This document shows, one piece after another, positions 46,151 to 55,882 of a stretch of 64,000 bases of DNA. The notes under the pieces are model-generated. The model was not told the origin of the DNA, ran no database searches, and saw only the letters and a program-made list of their open reading frames with translations. Source of the stretch: Polaromonas sp. (GTDB taxonomy: Bacteria > Pseudomonadota > Gammaproteobacteria > Burkholderiales > Burkholderiaceae_C); assembly GCA_013298945.1 (NCBI GenBank), contig JAAFJR010000008.1, forward strand, positions 17,293 to 81,292. The letters run 5' to 3'. Every line of letters begins with the position of its first letter. Position 1 is the stretch's first letter. The position numbers and the translations under genes were made by a program.

Positions 46151-46240
46151 TGGCGGAGAAGGCGGGATTCGAACCCGCGGAAAGTTTTACCCTTCGCACG
46201 CTTTCCAGGCGTGTGACTTAAACCGCTCATCCACCTCTCC
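46151..46240 (-). tRNA. tRNA-Ser (anticodon GGA)
   Basis: The reverse complement GGAGAGGTGGATGAGCGGTTTAAGTCACACGCCTGGAAAGCGTGCGAAGGGTAAAACTTTCCGCGGGTTCGAATCCCGCCTTCTCCGCCA folds with a 7-bp acceptor stem, the anticodon loop CTGGAAA, a long variable arm, GGTTCGAATCC and an encoded CCA. Confidence 0.9.
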
Positions 46241-46261
46241 GTTATATTGATTTTACCCCAT

Positions 46262-46297
46262 AAAAAAGCCACCCCAGCCTAAGCAGGGGTGGCTTTT
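46262..46297 (-). terminator. rho-independent terminator downstream of the LivK-like gene
   Basis: The minus strand reads AAAAGCCACCCC-tgcttaggc-TGGGGTGGCTTTTTTA. Confidence 0.7.
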
Positions 46298-46327
46298 AAT
46301 TTAGTGCTGTCGTTAAATTAAGTTAAA

Positions 46328-47470
46328 TTAACGGATCACAGCCAAATCAACAGGCTTGCCGCCTTTGTAAGTCTTCAATGTCAAAGCGCCGTTCTTGATG
46401 TCGCCTTTTGCATCAAATGTGATCGGGCCAGTCACGCCAGCAAAGTTGGTTGTTTTAGCCAAAACCGGGAGGTACTTCGCTGGCTCAGCAGAACCTGCTT
46501 TTTCCATCGCAGCAACCATCACGTTCACAGAGTCATACACGTATGGTGCGTAGATTTGCACGTCAGCGTTGAACTTAGCTTTGAACTTTGCCTTGAATGC
46601 GTCCATGCCAGCTTTTTGCTTGCCTTCAACACCACCAGCTTCAGCGCAATAGACTTGGTCATCCGCCATTGCGTCACCAGCCAATTTAGCCAACTCAGCT
46701 GAACAGATGCCGTCGCCGCCCATGAACTTGGCGTTGATGCCGAGTGATTTCATTTGGCGCAACATAGGGCCTGCAACAGCGTCCATGCCGCCGAAGAACA
46801 CAACGTCTGGCTTCTTAGCTTTGAGGTTAGTCAAAATTGCCATGAAGTCAGTTGCTTTGTCTGTGGTGTACTCGTGGCCAACCACTTTACCTTTAGCGCC
46901 AACAACAGCTTTCTTGAACTCGTCTGCCACACCTTGGCCATAAGCTGTACGGTCGTCGATCACAGCAATTGACTTGCCTTTGAGGGTTGACACTGCGTAA
47001 CGGCCCAATGTACCGCCCAAATGCACGTCATCAGCCACAACGCGGAAGGTTGTTTTGAAGCCTTGGCGAGTGTATTTTGGGTTAGTTGCAGATGGAGAAA
47101 TTTGTGGAATGCCAGCATCGCTGTAGATTTTTGAAGCTGGGATAGAAGTACCAGAATTCAAATGACCAACCACGCCCATGACTTTAGAGTCAACCAATTT
47201 TTGAGCAACAGCAGTGCCTTGTTTTGGATCGCCAGCGTCATCTTCAGTCAACAATTCAAACTTGACAACTTTACCGCCGATTTTCACGCCTTTGGCGTTC
47301 AACTCTTCGATGGCCAACTTAGCGCCGTTTTCGTTGTCTTTACCCAAGTGAGCGATGCCACCTGATGTTGGACCAACGTGGCCAAGTTTTACTACCATGT
47401 CTTGAGCTGATACAACGCCAGCAGCCATTGCCAAAGCCGCAACAGCGACTAGTTTCATCTTCATTTGCAT
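46328..47470 (-). CDS. branched-chain amino-acid ABC transporter substrate-binding protein (LivK/LivJ-like, orphan)
   Basis: Signal peptide, then VKLGHVGPTSGGIAHLGKDNENGAKLAIEELN...VVGHLNSGTSIPAS. Confidence 0.85.
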   Translation of the reverse strand: MQMKMKLVAVAALAMAAGVVSAQDMVVKLGHVGPTSGGIAHLGKDNENGAKLAIEELNAKGVKIGGKVVKFELLTEDDAGDPKQGTAVAQKLVDSKVMGVVGHLNSGTSIPASKIYSDAGIPQISPSATNPKYTRQGFKTTFRVVADDVHLGGTLGRYAVSTLKGKSIAVIDDRTAYGQGVADEFKKAVVGAKGKVVGHEYTTDKATDFMAILTNLKAKKPDVVFFGGMDAVAGPMLRQMKSLGINAKFMGGDGICSAELAKLAGDAMADDQVYCAEAGGVEGKQKAGMDAFKAKFKAKFNADVQIYAPYVYDSVNVMVAAMEKAGSAEPAKYLPVLAKTTNFAGVTGPITFDAKGDIKNGALTLKTYKGGKPVDLAVIR

Positions 47471-47671
47471 AAATTACTCCAAGTTAAAAAATCATACCTA
47501 ATAGTTGAGAAGCCTATTCAGCCACAACGGAGCGTACGATACATCAAATTTGACCAGTTACCACTAGGGAACACACTTAGATAAAAAAATCTATGAGATT
47601 ATTTATCATTTCTGTTTGGTATATAAGTCGAATTAATGCCATATCAGTTTTTCCGTTACTTAAAAACAAGC

Positions 47672-50536
47672 TTAACTACTTTCCACTGACAACAACTTAA
47701 CGCTAGTTGTACTCTTTGCGATGCTAGGGTTATCCCTAATCAAACGTTTTAATTCAGGCACGCATGAGCCGCAATTGGTGCCACACTTCAGGCTGGCTTG
47801 CAGTTCAGTCAGTCGCCTCTCGTCTGAGCCAAAACTTTTTGCGAGTTGTTCAGTAATCGCCTTATCCGTCACGTTGAAGCAAGTACACACCGCTTTTCCG
47901 CGCGACTGCACCGCGATGGGTGCTTTGCTACCCGGAACCAACAACATGCGGCCATAGCTTTGCGCCGGCAAGCTGTCTTGCAACAGCGTCTTGACCCAAG
48001 CTTCTGAGCGCGTATCACCTGCTAGCAAAAAGGCTTCTAATTCTGCGTATTCGCGGTTGCCTGTTAATTTGATGGTGCGGTGCTGACCTTTTTTCCTATC
48101 AGCATAGCGCATCACTTGAGTGCTACCTGCAGAAACACTCAATCCAAGGACACCTTCAATCTGCTTCAAAACGTCTTCCGTGGGTGCTTCATGCCCAGCA
48201 GCTCTGAACAGCAAACCGGTTCTCGCAACGCCTTTAAAGGCTTCACCATCACCAAAAGGCACACAGCTGGCAAACGGGAACAAGCGCATCAACGCCTTCA
48301 AAGCCTCCCGAGCTGCCAATGCTTGATCGCTAGGCAGCCAAGCCACCCCCAGCAAGGTCCAAGGCAACTCAGCTTTGAGAATTTTGACGGCGGCGTGCTT
48401 TAGCTCGGGCTGCTTGGATGTGGGGCAGAACGCTGAAGTTGTGATCGTATTGACACCCGCCAGCCTTTCCCCATTGCTTCCTAGTCCACTTAAAAACTCC
48501 TCCCCCCAGTGCATGGCGATAAAGGCTTGACTCATGCCCACTTCTTTGGAGGCCTGCACAGGCAACAATATCGAGCCGCGCTTGCTGGTCACATGCACCA
48601 AATCACCTTCGCTGATCAAGCGTCGGGTCATGTCTTGAATGTTCATCTGCACCGTTGGCTCGGCCACGTGGCCAAACAACTTGCCCAAGGTGCCGGTGCG
48701 GCTCATGCCATGCCACTGGTCGCGCAGGCGGCCGGTGGTCAATGAAAACGGAAAACGCGACTCGCGCGGTTCTGCCACCGGTTTGTAGACCGTGTTGACG
48801 AATTTCGCTTTGCAATCAGCGGTAGGAAACACATTGTTTTCGTACAAGCGCTCTTTACCTACAGATTCACCTTCCCGCATCGGCCACTGCAAAGGCGTCG
48901 CCTCTAAGAGCGCATAGCTCATGCCTGTGATGTCCAAGTCGCGTCCACGGGTAGACTCGCGGTGCTCCAGCCAGACAGACTCCGGTGTCGGGTAGTCAAA
49001 CAAAGTTTGTGGTGATTTTGAAGGCAGTAACTTTTCCAAGCGGCGTGAAAACTCAGCAGCTATCGACCAATCATGCTGAGTTTCACCCGGTGCGACCACG
49101 GCGGCGCGAACGCGGGAAATACGGCGCTCTGTATTCGTCACCGTGCCCTCTTTTTCGCCCCAAGTCGTTGCAGGCAACAAAATATCGGCATAAGCGCATG
49201 TCGAGGTCGTCGAAAACGCCTCTTGCACGATCACCAACTCTGCGCGCTCCAAAGCTTTACGCACGACCGCTTGGTCTGGCATGCTTTGCGCGGGGTTGGT
49301 ACAGACAATCCACAACACTTTGATTTGCCCATCCGCAGCAGCTTGAAACATTTCAACAGCAGTTTTACCCGTAGCGGACGGCACAGAAGGCACGTTCCAC
49401 AGCTTTTGAATCTCCTCGCGATGCTGCGGATTTGCCAAATCGCGGTGCCCGCTCATCAAATTGGCCATGCCGCCGACTTCGCGCCCGCCCATGGCATTTG
49501 GTTGACCGGTGAGTGACAAGGGACCAGCGCCCGGTTTGCCGATTTGCCTGCATGCCAAATGCATGTTGATCAACGCGGCGTTTTTGGCCGTACCGCTGCT
49601 GGATTGGTTCAGACCTTGACAATACAAGCTGAGCGTCGCTTTCTGAAGCAGCGGGTCGCTTGATGCTCCTGTCGCAAACATTTGTGCTGCTTTGTACAAA
49701 TCTTCTTTTTTAATGCCACAAATGTCAGCGGTCAGCTCCGGCGTGCAGTCGCGCACCGTCGCTTTGAGTGCATCAAAACCATCGGTGTGGGCGTTGATGA
49801 AGTCGTGGTTGATCCAGCCTTCCCACAGCATGATGTGCAGCATGCCGTTGAACAGCATCACATCGGTGCCGGGTTGGATGGGTAGAAACAAATCGGCCAG
49901 CTCGACTGTGTCTGTTCGGCGTGGGTCGGCCACGATGATTTTCATCGCTGGGTTGGCTTTCTTGGCGTCTTCAATGCGCCGAAACAAAATCGGGTGCGCA
50001 AACGCTGTGTTGCTGCCGACTATGAAGATGCAGCCTGCGTGGTTCACATCGTCATAGCAGGCAGGTGGCGCATCAGCACCCAATGTTTGCTTGTAGCCCG
50101 CCACCGCGCTGCTCATGCACAGGCGGGAATTGCTGTCGATATTGTTGGTGCCTATTAAACCTTTGGCGAGCTTGTTAAAGACGTAGTAGTCCTCAGTCAG
50201 CAGCTGCCCAGAGATGTAAAACCCAACTGCATCAGGGCCGTGGTCAGCAATCACTTGGGCAAACTTCTTCACGGTGCTGTCCAAAGCCGCATCCCAAGAG
50301 ATGCGTTGAGGAGCGGCTCCCCTACTTTCGCGTTGCATAGGATGCAACAAACGGGTTTGCTGCGTCACAGCAGCGGTGGCCGTCAAATGCAGGTTTGAGC
50401 CTTTGGAGCACAAACGCCCGAAATTAGCGGGGTGCAGCGGGTCTCCCCGCACACCAGTAATCTGATCACCACTTGATTCAATAATGACGCCGCAGCCTAC
50501 GCCGCAATAAGGGCACGTTGATTTGGTTTCTGTCAT
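47672..50536 (-). CDS. nasA: assimilatory nitrate reductase catalytic subunit with a C-terminal BFD-like [2Fe-2S] extension
   Basis: N-terminal CPYCGVGCG 4Fe-4S motif, molybdopterin oxidoreductase body, and C-terminal VCTCFNVT...CGTNCGSC. Confidence 0.9.
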   Translation of the reverse strand: MTETKSTCPYCGVGCGVIIESSGDQITGVRGDPLHPANFGRLCSKGSNLHLTATAAVTQQTRLLHPMQRESRGAAPQRISWDAALDSTVKKFAQVIADHGPDAVGFYISGQLLTEDYYVFNKLAKGLIGTNNIDSNSRLCMSSAVAGYKQTLGADAPPACYDDVNHAGCIFIVGSNTAFAHPILFRRIEDAKKANPAMKIIVADPRRTDTVELADLFLPIQPGTDVMLFNGMLHIMLWEGWINHDFINAHTDGFDALKATVRDCTPELTADICGIKKEDLYKAAQMFATGASSDPLLQKATLSLYCQGLNQSSSGTAKNAALINMHLACRQIGKPGAGPLSLTGQPNAMGGREVGGMANLMSGHRDLANPQHREEIQKLWNVPSVPSATGKTAVEMFQAAADGQIKVLWIVCTNPAQSMPDQAVVRKALERAELVIVQEAFSTTSTCAYADILLPATTWGEKEGTVTNTERRISRVRAAVVAPGETQHDWSIAAEFSRRLEKLLPSKSPQTLFDYPTPESVWLEHRESTRGRDLDITGMSYALLEATPLQWPMREGESVGKERLYENNVFPTADCKAKFVNTVYKPVAEPRESRFPFSLTTGRLRDQWHGMSRTGTLGKLFGHVAEPTVQMNIQDMTRRLISEGDLVHVTSKRGSILLPVQASKEVGMSQAFIAMHWGEEFLSGLGSNGERLAGVNTITTSAFCPTSKQPELKHAAVKILKAELPWTLLGVAWLPSDQALAAREALKALMRLFPFASCVPFGDGEAFKGVARTGLLFRAAGHEAPTEDVLKQIEGVLGLSVSAGSTQVMRYADRKKGQHRTIKLTGNREYAELEAFLLAGDTRSEAWVKTLLQDSLPAQSYGRMLLVPGSKAPIAVQSRGKAVCTCFNVTDKAITEQLAKSFGSDERRLTELQASLKCGTNCGSCVPELKRLIRDNPSIAKSTTSVKLLSVESS

Positions 50537-50919
50537 GCAGCTGCGGTTGCTTTTCTTGCTGGGCCCGCCACAGGCGCGGTTAGGTCTAATGCCAAAGTGT
50601 CCAGCTCAGGTTGGTTCAAATACACCACACCGTCAGTCACCTGTACGTGGAAAGCCTGCGTACAACCTTCATCCGGCTCTTTGGCGCAGCCTGTCGCCAA
50701 ACCAATTGTCCAGTTGTGCAACGGGCAGGCAACGCTGGTGCCAAAGACGATGCCTTGGCTCAAAGGCCCGCCTTTGTGTGGGCAACGGTCTAGCAAGGCA
50801 AACACCTGGTCTTGGTCGTTGCGAAACACTGCCACATCCATTCCCTTAGCGCGCTGAACGCGGCGTGAACCCAAAACTGGGATGTCCTGCACCAGGCAGA
50901 TTTTTTTCCATTCGTTCAT
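50533..50919 (-). CDS. nirD: nitrite reductase [NAD(P)H] small subunit (Rieske-like)
   Basis: CPHKGGPLSQGIV...VACPLHNW. Has an ATGA overlap with nasA. Confidence 0.9.
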   Translation of the reverse strand: MNEWKKICLVQDIPVLGSRRVQRAKGMDVAVFRNDQDQVFALLDRCPHKGGPLSQGIVFGTSVACPLHNWTIGLATGCAKEPDEGCTQAFHVQVTDGVVYLNQPELDTLALDLTAPVAGPARKATAAA

Positions 50920-50936
50920 GATGATCTTCTTTTTTT

Positions 50937-50984
50937 ACTATAGTTTTAATAGCTACTTAGGCAATAAATACGCCGGCTACAGCC
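50937..50984 (+). repeat. 48-bp dispersed repeat, copy H (intergenic, nirB-nirD spacer)
   Basis: actatagttttaatagctacttaggcaataaatacgccggctacagcc. TAG variant. Followed by an AT-rich extension with ttgcttatattt x2. Confidence 0.9.
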
Positions 50985-51038
50985 ATATTTACACCTATTT
51001 TTGCTTATATTTGCTTATATTTACCTATATTGATCGAT

Positions 51039-53486
51039 TTATGCCGCTGTGAGCTTAGCAAACTGGCGGGTATCAACTTCGGCTTCTTTGAAGTCAAACC
51101 AAGGATCAGGCTCGCCGTCTAAGGCAAATTGCAACCGCTCCCACAGGGCTTTGCGGCCTTCGTGGTCGTCCAAGATTTTTTTCTTCACATAGTCCAAGCC
51201 CACGCGGTTGACGTAATGAACGGTGCGCTCCAAATACCAGCCTTCTTGGCGGTACAGTTCGCAGAAAGCACCGGTGTATTCCAACACTTCAGCTGCGGTT
51301 TTGACCTTCACGAAAAAGTGCGCCACCTCGGTTTTGATACCGCCGTTACCGGCAATGTACATCTCCCAACCGCTGTCCACCCCAATCACACCCACATCTT
51401 TGATGCCCGCTTCAGCGCAGTTGCGTGGGCAGCCTGACACCGCAAACTTGACCTTGTGCGGTGCGTACATGCGCCACATCGCGCGCTCTAGGTCTTTACC
51501 CATTTGGGTGGAATCTTGCGTGCCCATACGGCACCATTCAGAACCGACGCAAGTTTTGACGGTACGCAAGGCTTTGGCGTAGGCATGGCCTGAAGGCATG
51601 CCGATGTCTTTCCAGACATTGACTAAGTCTTCTTTTTTCACGCCTAGCAAGTCGATACGCTGGCCGCCAGTGACTTTGACGGTTGGAATCTTGTACTTGT
51701 CCACCGCGTCCGCAATACGGCGCAGCTCGGACGACGTTGTCTCGCCACCCCACATGCGCGGAATGACCGAGTAGGTACCATCTTTTTGAATGTTGGCATG
51801 GCTACGCTCGTTGATGAAACGGCTTTGTGGATCATCCTTCGCTTCTTTCGGCCATGAGCTGGTGACGTAGTAGTTCACTGCTGGGCGGCAGGACGAACAA
51901 CCGTTAGGCGTTTTCCAATCCATGAACTTGTACACGCCATCAATCGTCAAAATCTTGTTTTTGACAATCGCTTCCCGCACCGCTTGGTGGCCGTGATCGG
52001 TACACGCACACATGGCTTTAAGCTTAGGTGTCGCGGAATAATCACCACCTGCGGTGAACATCAAAATCTGCTCAACCAAACCGGTGCAAGAGCCGCAAGA
52101 CGCGCTAGCTTTGGTGTGCTTTTTCACCTCATCCAGCGTGAACAAACCTTTTTCTTTGATGGCTTTGCAAATCGTGCCTTTGGTCACACCATTGCAGCCA
52201 CAGACTTCGGCTTCATCGGGCATGGTTGCCGCTTTGCTGTGGCCTTCGTGACCCACGTCGCCGATATTGGATTCGCCAAACATCAGTTTGTCGCGAATGT
52301 CTGCAATGCTTCGACCATCACGCAGGAGTTTGAAGTAGTAACTGCCGTCCACGGTGTCGCCATACAGGCAAGCGCCAATCAGTTTGTCGTCTTTGATCAC
52401 CAGTTTTTTGTAAACGCCACCAAACGGGTCGCTCATAATGAGTTCTTCAGTGCCCTCGCCACCCTGGAATTCACCCGCGCTGAACAAGTCGATGCCCGTG
52501 ACTTTGAGCTTGGTTGAAGTGAGTGAACCGGTGTATCGGCCAATGCCGTGCTCGGCCAAATGATTGGCCGCAACTTTGGCTTGCTCAAAAAGAGGAGCAA
52601 CCAAGCCATAAGCAATGCCTCGATGGGCTGCGCATTCACCCACGGAGTAAATACGCGCATCGGTCACGGTTTGCAGCGTATCGGTCACGACAATGCCACG
52701 GTTGCAATGCAATCCAATCTTCTCGGCCAATTCCGTATTTGGGCGAATACCCACAGCCATCACCACCAAATCGGTAGGAATCTCGGTGCCGTCTTTGAAC
52801 TGCAATGCCATGACTCGTCCCGCTTTGCCACCATCTTTGTCTCCAATCAAAGCTTGCGTCTGGCCGCCCATGACAAACTTCAAACCACGCTCTTCCAACG
52901 ATTTTTGCAGCAAACCACCGGCGACAGAATCCAACTGACGCTCCATCAAGGTAGGCATCACGTGGATAACCGTCACTTGCATGCCGCGCAGCATCAAGCC
53001 GTTCGCGGCCTCCAAGCCCAATAAACCGCCACCGACGACGACAGCTTTTTTATACTTGGTCGACGCCTCAATCATGAGATTGGTGTCCGCAATATCGCGG
53101 TAGGCAATCACGCCTTCTAAATCTTTACCCGGAATCGGCAGCATGAAGGCGTTGGAGCCGGTGCACATCAGCAAACGGTCGTATTCAACTTCCAAGCCAT
53201 CATCCGCCGTCACGATACGGCGGGCGCGGTCAATGTTGACGACTTTTTTACCCGCGTGCAAAGTGATGTTGTTTTCGGTGTACCACTCCCAGCTGTTCAA
53301 AACGATTTCGTCCAACGTTTGCTCACCGGCCAACACAGGGCTAAGCAAAATGCGGTTGTAATTAGGTTGTGGTTCAGCACCAAAAATGGTGATGTCATAC
53401 AAATCTGGTGCAATTTTCAGAAGCTCTTCGACGGTGCGAACCCCCGCCATACCATTGCCAACCATCACTAATTTCAATTTTTTCAT
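51039..53486 (-). CDS. nirB: nitrite reductase [NAD(P)H] large subunit
   Basis: MKKLKLVMVGNGMAG FAD fold, BFD-like and sirohaem/4Fe-4S domains. The longer ORF start at 53528 lies inside the sigma-54 promoter. Confidence 0.9.
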   Translation of the reverse strand: MKKLKLVMVGNGMAGVRTVEELLKIAPDLYDITIFGAEPQPNYNRILLSPVLAGEQTLDEIVLNSWEWYTENNITLHAGKKVVNIDRARRIVTADDGLEVEYDRLLMCTGSNAFMLPIPGKDLEGVIAYRDIADTNLMIEASTKYKKAVVVGGGLLGLEAANGLMLRGMQVTVIHVMPTLMERQLDSVAGGLLQKSLEERGLKFVMGGQTQALIGDKDGGKAGRVMALQFKDGTEIPTDLVVMAVGIRPNTELAEKIGLHCNRGIVVTDTLQTVTDARIYSVGECAAHRGIAYGLVAPLFEQAKVAANHLAEHGIGRYTGSLTSTKLKVTGIDLFSAGEFQGGEGTEELIMSDPFGGVYKKLVIKDDKLIGACLYGDTVDGSYYFKLLRDGRSIADIRDKLMFGESNIGDVGHEGHSKAATMPDEAEVCGCNGVTKGTICKAIKEKGLFTLDEVKKHTKASASCGSCTGLVEQILMFTAGGDYSATPKLKAMCACTDHGHQAVREAIVKNKILTIDGVYKFMDWKTPNGCSSCRPAVNYYVTSSWPKEAKDDPQSRFINERSHANIQKDGTYSVIPRMWGGETTSSELRRIADAVDKYKIPTVKVTGGQRIDLLGVKKEDLVNVWKDIGMPSGHAYAKALRTVKTCVGSEWCRMGTQDSTQMGKDLERAMWRMYAPHKVKFAVSGCPRNCAEAGIKDVGVIGVDSGWEMYIAGNGGIKTEVAHFFVKVKTAAEVLEYTGAFCELYRQEGWYLERTVHYVNRVGLDYVKKKILDDHEGRKALWERLQFALDGEPDPWFDFKEAEVDTRQFAKLTAA

Positions 53487-53527
53487 CGTTTTCCTATGTC
53501 CATAATTGCTGCGTTGCACCATAAACA

Positions 53528-53543
53528 TGCAAACCTCGTGCCA
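53528..53543 (-). promoter_or_regulatory. sigma-54 (-24/-12) promoter for nirB-nirD-nasA
   Basis: The minus strand reads TGGCACGAGGTTTGCA, matching TGGCACG-N4-TTGCW exactly, about 40 nt upstream of the nirB ATG. Confidence 0.75.
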
Positions 53544-53618
53544 ACTTATCTATTAATTGGCTTAAAGTGGCCTTTGTATTGACATATTCTTTGGCGTACT
53601 TCTTGCTGTAACTGAAAC

Positions 53619-55376
53619 ATGAACGATATTGACATTGGCTACACCTCGCTAGCAGGCACCAAACCCATCAACGAAGACTTCGCCGGTGCGATGTTGCCCG
53701 CCAAAGACGACAAAGACATGGGTGTCATCATGGCGCTGGCTGATGGCGTGAGCATGGGTGGCATGGGCAAAGAGGCCGCGCAGACCACAGTCACCAGTTT
53801 GGTGCGTGATTACTTTTGCACACCCCCGACGTGGGATACCAGCGTCGCGCTAGACCGCATCATCGCCGCGCAAAACGCATGGCTGGTCGCTCTGAACAAG
53901 CGTCGCCCCGAACTCGGCTTCACCACCTTGACCGCTTTGGTGCTGCGCGGCCAAACCTATACCCTTGCCCACGTGGGCGACACCCGCTGCTACCTGCTGC
54001 GGGACGGGCAACTCACCCAGCTGACGCACGACCACATCGTCAACCACACCGACTTCAAACACCAACTGCTGCGCAGCGTTGGCTCGGAAGACCGCTTGGC
54101 GGTGGACTACTCGCAAGGCGAGGTGATGCTGGGCGACTGCTTCATTTTGCTGTCCGACGGGGTCTATGGCTTCCTGTCAGATGCCCGAATCAAGGCGATT
54201 TTTAAGGATATAGCCCAGCAAACCGGCACGTCTTGGCAGAGTTTGAGCGAGACTTTGGCTGAAAATTTGGTCGATGCAGCGCTCAAATCTGGCAGCAACG
54301 ACAACGCCAGTGCGCTGGTTGCCCATGTCAAAGGCTTGTCCGAAGCCACGCTAGAAGATGCCACGCTCGCCGCCTTGAACTTACCTATCCCGCCGTTGCT
54401 GAAGCCTGGTGAAAAAATCGATGGTTTTGAGGTACTGGCAAACGTAGCAGACAGCGGCATCAACGTCATTTACCAAGTCAAAGAATCTGCCACTGGCAAG
54501 CTCTACGCTCTCAAAACCCTGCACCCCAGTCGTGCCAAAGACAAAGAAGAACGCACCATGTTGGTGCATGAAGCTTGGCTAACCCAACAATTGCAAGCAA
54601 CGCGCGCTGCCGATTCTTTGGTGCATTTGAAAGCAGATCTGAGTGCTCCTTCCTCTTACTACATCGTTTACGAGTGGCATGAAGGCGAAACGTTGCAGCA
54701 GCAATTAGTCAGAGGCGCTCCCTTCGACATAACCCACGCCATCAACGCTGCCTCCCAAATCACCAAAGCGCTCAGCCACTTGCACCGCCAGCACGTGATT
54801 CACCGCGACATCAAGCCCGCCAATCTGCACCAAGGCGCTGACGGCGTGCTGCGTTTGCTGGATTTGGGTGTGGCGCTCAGCGGCAAAGAACCGAAGGCAA
54901 TGCGCGACCTGCACGCCGGAACGCCCAGCTACATCAACCCCGAACAATGGGGTGTGCATTTTAAGAATGCGAGTGACGACAGCAAAGAACTGCCCGACGC
55001 GCAAAGCGACCTCTTCGCCCTAGGCGTCACCCTGTACCAACTCTTAACCGGCAAACTCCCCTACGGCGAAGTTCTCCCCGGCCAGTCCGGCCGCTACTAC
55101 CGTGACCCCCTAGCCCCCAGCCGACACCGCCCTGAAATCCCGAAATGGCTGGACAACATCGTTCAGAAAGCCATCGCCAGAGACAAAAACCAGCGCTTTG
55201 AAACCGCAGAAGAACTCCTCCTAGCCCTAGACCGAGGCGCCTCCCGCCCCCTAAACGCCCCGTTAGCCACCCCGCTGATTCAGCGCGACCCGACGGCGGT
55301 TTGGAAGATAGGGCTGGGTATTTCAGTGCTTTTTAACCTGCTTTTGGTCTATTGGCTGCTTTTTTTGCCGAAATAG
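53619..55376 (+). CDS. bifunctional PP2C-type phosphatase / Ser-Thr protein kinase with a C-terminal TM anchor
   Basis: PP2C motifs (ALADGVSMGG, VGDTRCYLL, LLSDGVYG, GSNDNASALV). Kinase motifs (YALKTL, HRDIKPANL, DLG, GTPSYINPE). Terminal hydrophobic helix. Confidence 0.85.
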   Translation: MNDIDIGYTSLAGTKPINEDFAGAMLPAKDDKDMGVIMALADGVSMGGMGKEAAQTTVTSLVRDYFCTPPTWDTSVALDRIIAAQNAWLVALNKRRPELGFTTLTALVLRGQTYTLAHVGDTRCYLLRDGQLTQLTHDHIVNHTDFKHQLLRSVGSEDRLAVDYSQGEVMLGDCFILLSDGVYGFLSDARIKAIFKDIAQQTGTSWQSLSETLAENLVDAALKSGSNDNASALVAHVKGLSEATLEDATLAALNLPIPPLLKPGEKIDGFEVLANVADSGINVIYQVKESATGKLYALKTLHPSRAKDKEERTMLVHEAWLTQQLQATRAADSLVHLKADLSAPSSYYIVYEWHEGETLQQQLVRGAPFDITHAINAASQITKALSHLHRQHVIHRDIKPANLHQGADGVLRLLDLGVALSGKEPKAMRDLHAGTPSYINPEQWGVHFKNASDDSKELPDAQSDLFALGVTLYQLLTGKLPYGEVLPGQSGRYYRDPLAPSRHRPEIPKWLDNIVQKAIARDKNQRFETAEELLLALDRGASRPLNAPLATPLIQRDPTAVWKIGLGISVLFNLLLVYWLLFLPK

Positions 55377-55386
55377 AGGAGAATTC

Positions 55387-55434
55387 GGTTGTAGCCGGCG
55401 TATTTATTGCCTAAGAAGCTATTAAATACATAGC
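55387..55434 (-). repeat. 48-bp dispersed repeat, copy I (intergenic)
   Basis: ggttgtagccggcgtatttattgcctaagaagctattaaatacatagc. TAG variant. Confidence 0.9.
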
Positions 55435-55457
55435 ATTCCTTACCGCCACTTATGCTA

Positions 55458-55859
55458 CTACCTATTCACCATATGATCCGCCAAACCCGCAAAAGTGACT
55501 ATCAGGTGGTCGCGGAAGGCTATGTCTTCGACTTGCTCGGTCAGTGCTTGGCTCATGCACAGCATCCACTCGTTTTTGGCGCTGGTCGTCACTGCATAAG
55601 GGGCGTGGCGCATGCGCATGCGGGGGTGGCCTTTTTTGTCGGTGTACATCGTCGGGCCGCCAAACCAGCCGCTGAGGTATTCAAACAAGTTTTGCGCGCT
55701 GTTGCTCAGGCTTTCAGGATGCAGGCGGCGTACCTCATAGGCTTCGGGCAGCTCGTCCATCAGCTCGTAAAAGCGGTTAACCAAGCGTCGCACGCCGGCT
55801 TCGCCGCCTAGAAGTTCGTAGGGAATTGCTTTCGTAACTGTTGGAATCTGGTTTGTCAT
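55458..55859 (-). CDS. glbO: group II truncated haemoglobin (trHbO)
   Basis: YELLGGEAGVRRLVNRFYELMD...RRLHP...FEYLSGWFGGP...RMRH pattern. Confidence 0.8.
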   Translation of the reverse strand: MTNQIPTVTKAIPYELLGGEAGVRRLVNRFYELMDELPEAYEVRRLHPESLSNSAQNLFEYLSGWFGGPTMYTDKKGHPRMRMRHAPYAVTTSAKNEWMLCMSQALTEQVEDIAFRDHLIVTFAGLADHMVNR

Positions 55860-55882
55860 GCTGCTATTTTAAGCAGTCAAAT

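Noticed and set aside
53487-53527. A second sigma-54 match (TGGTGCAACGCAGCA on the minus strand) closer to nirB
   Set aside because: The GG-to-GC spacing is one nucleotide short of the consensus and TTGC is absent. The exact match at 53528..53543 is preferred.
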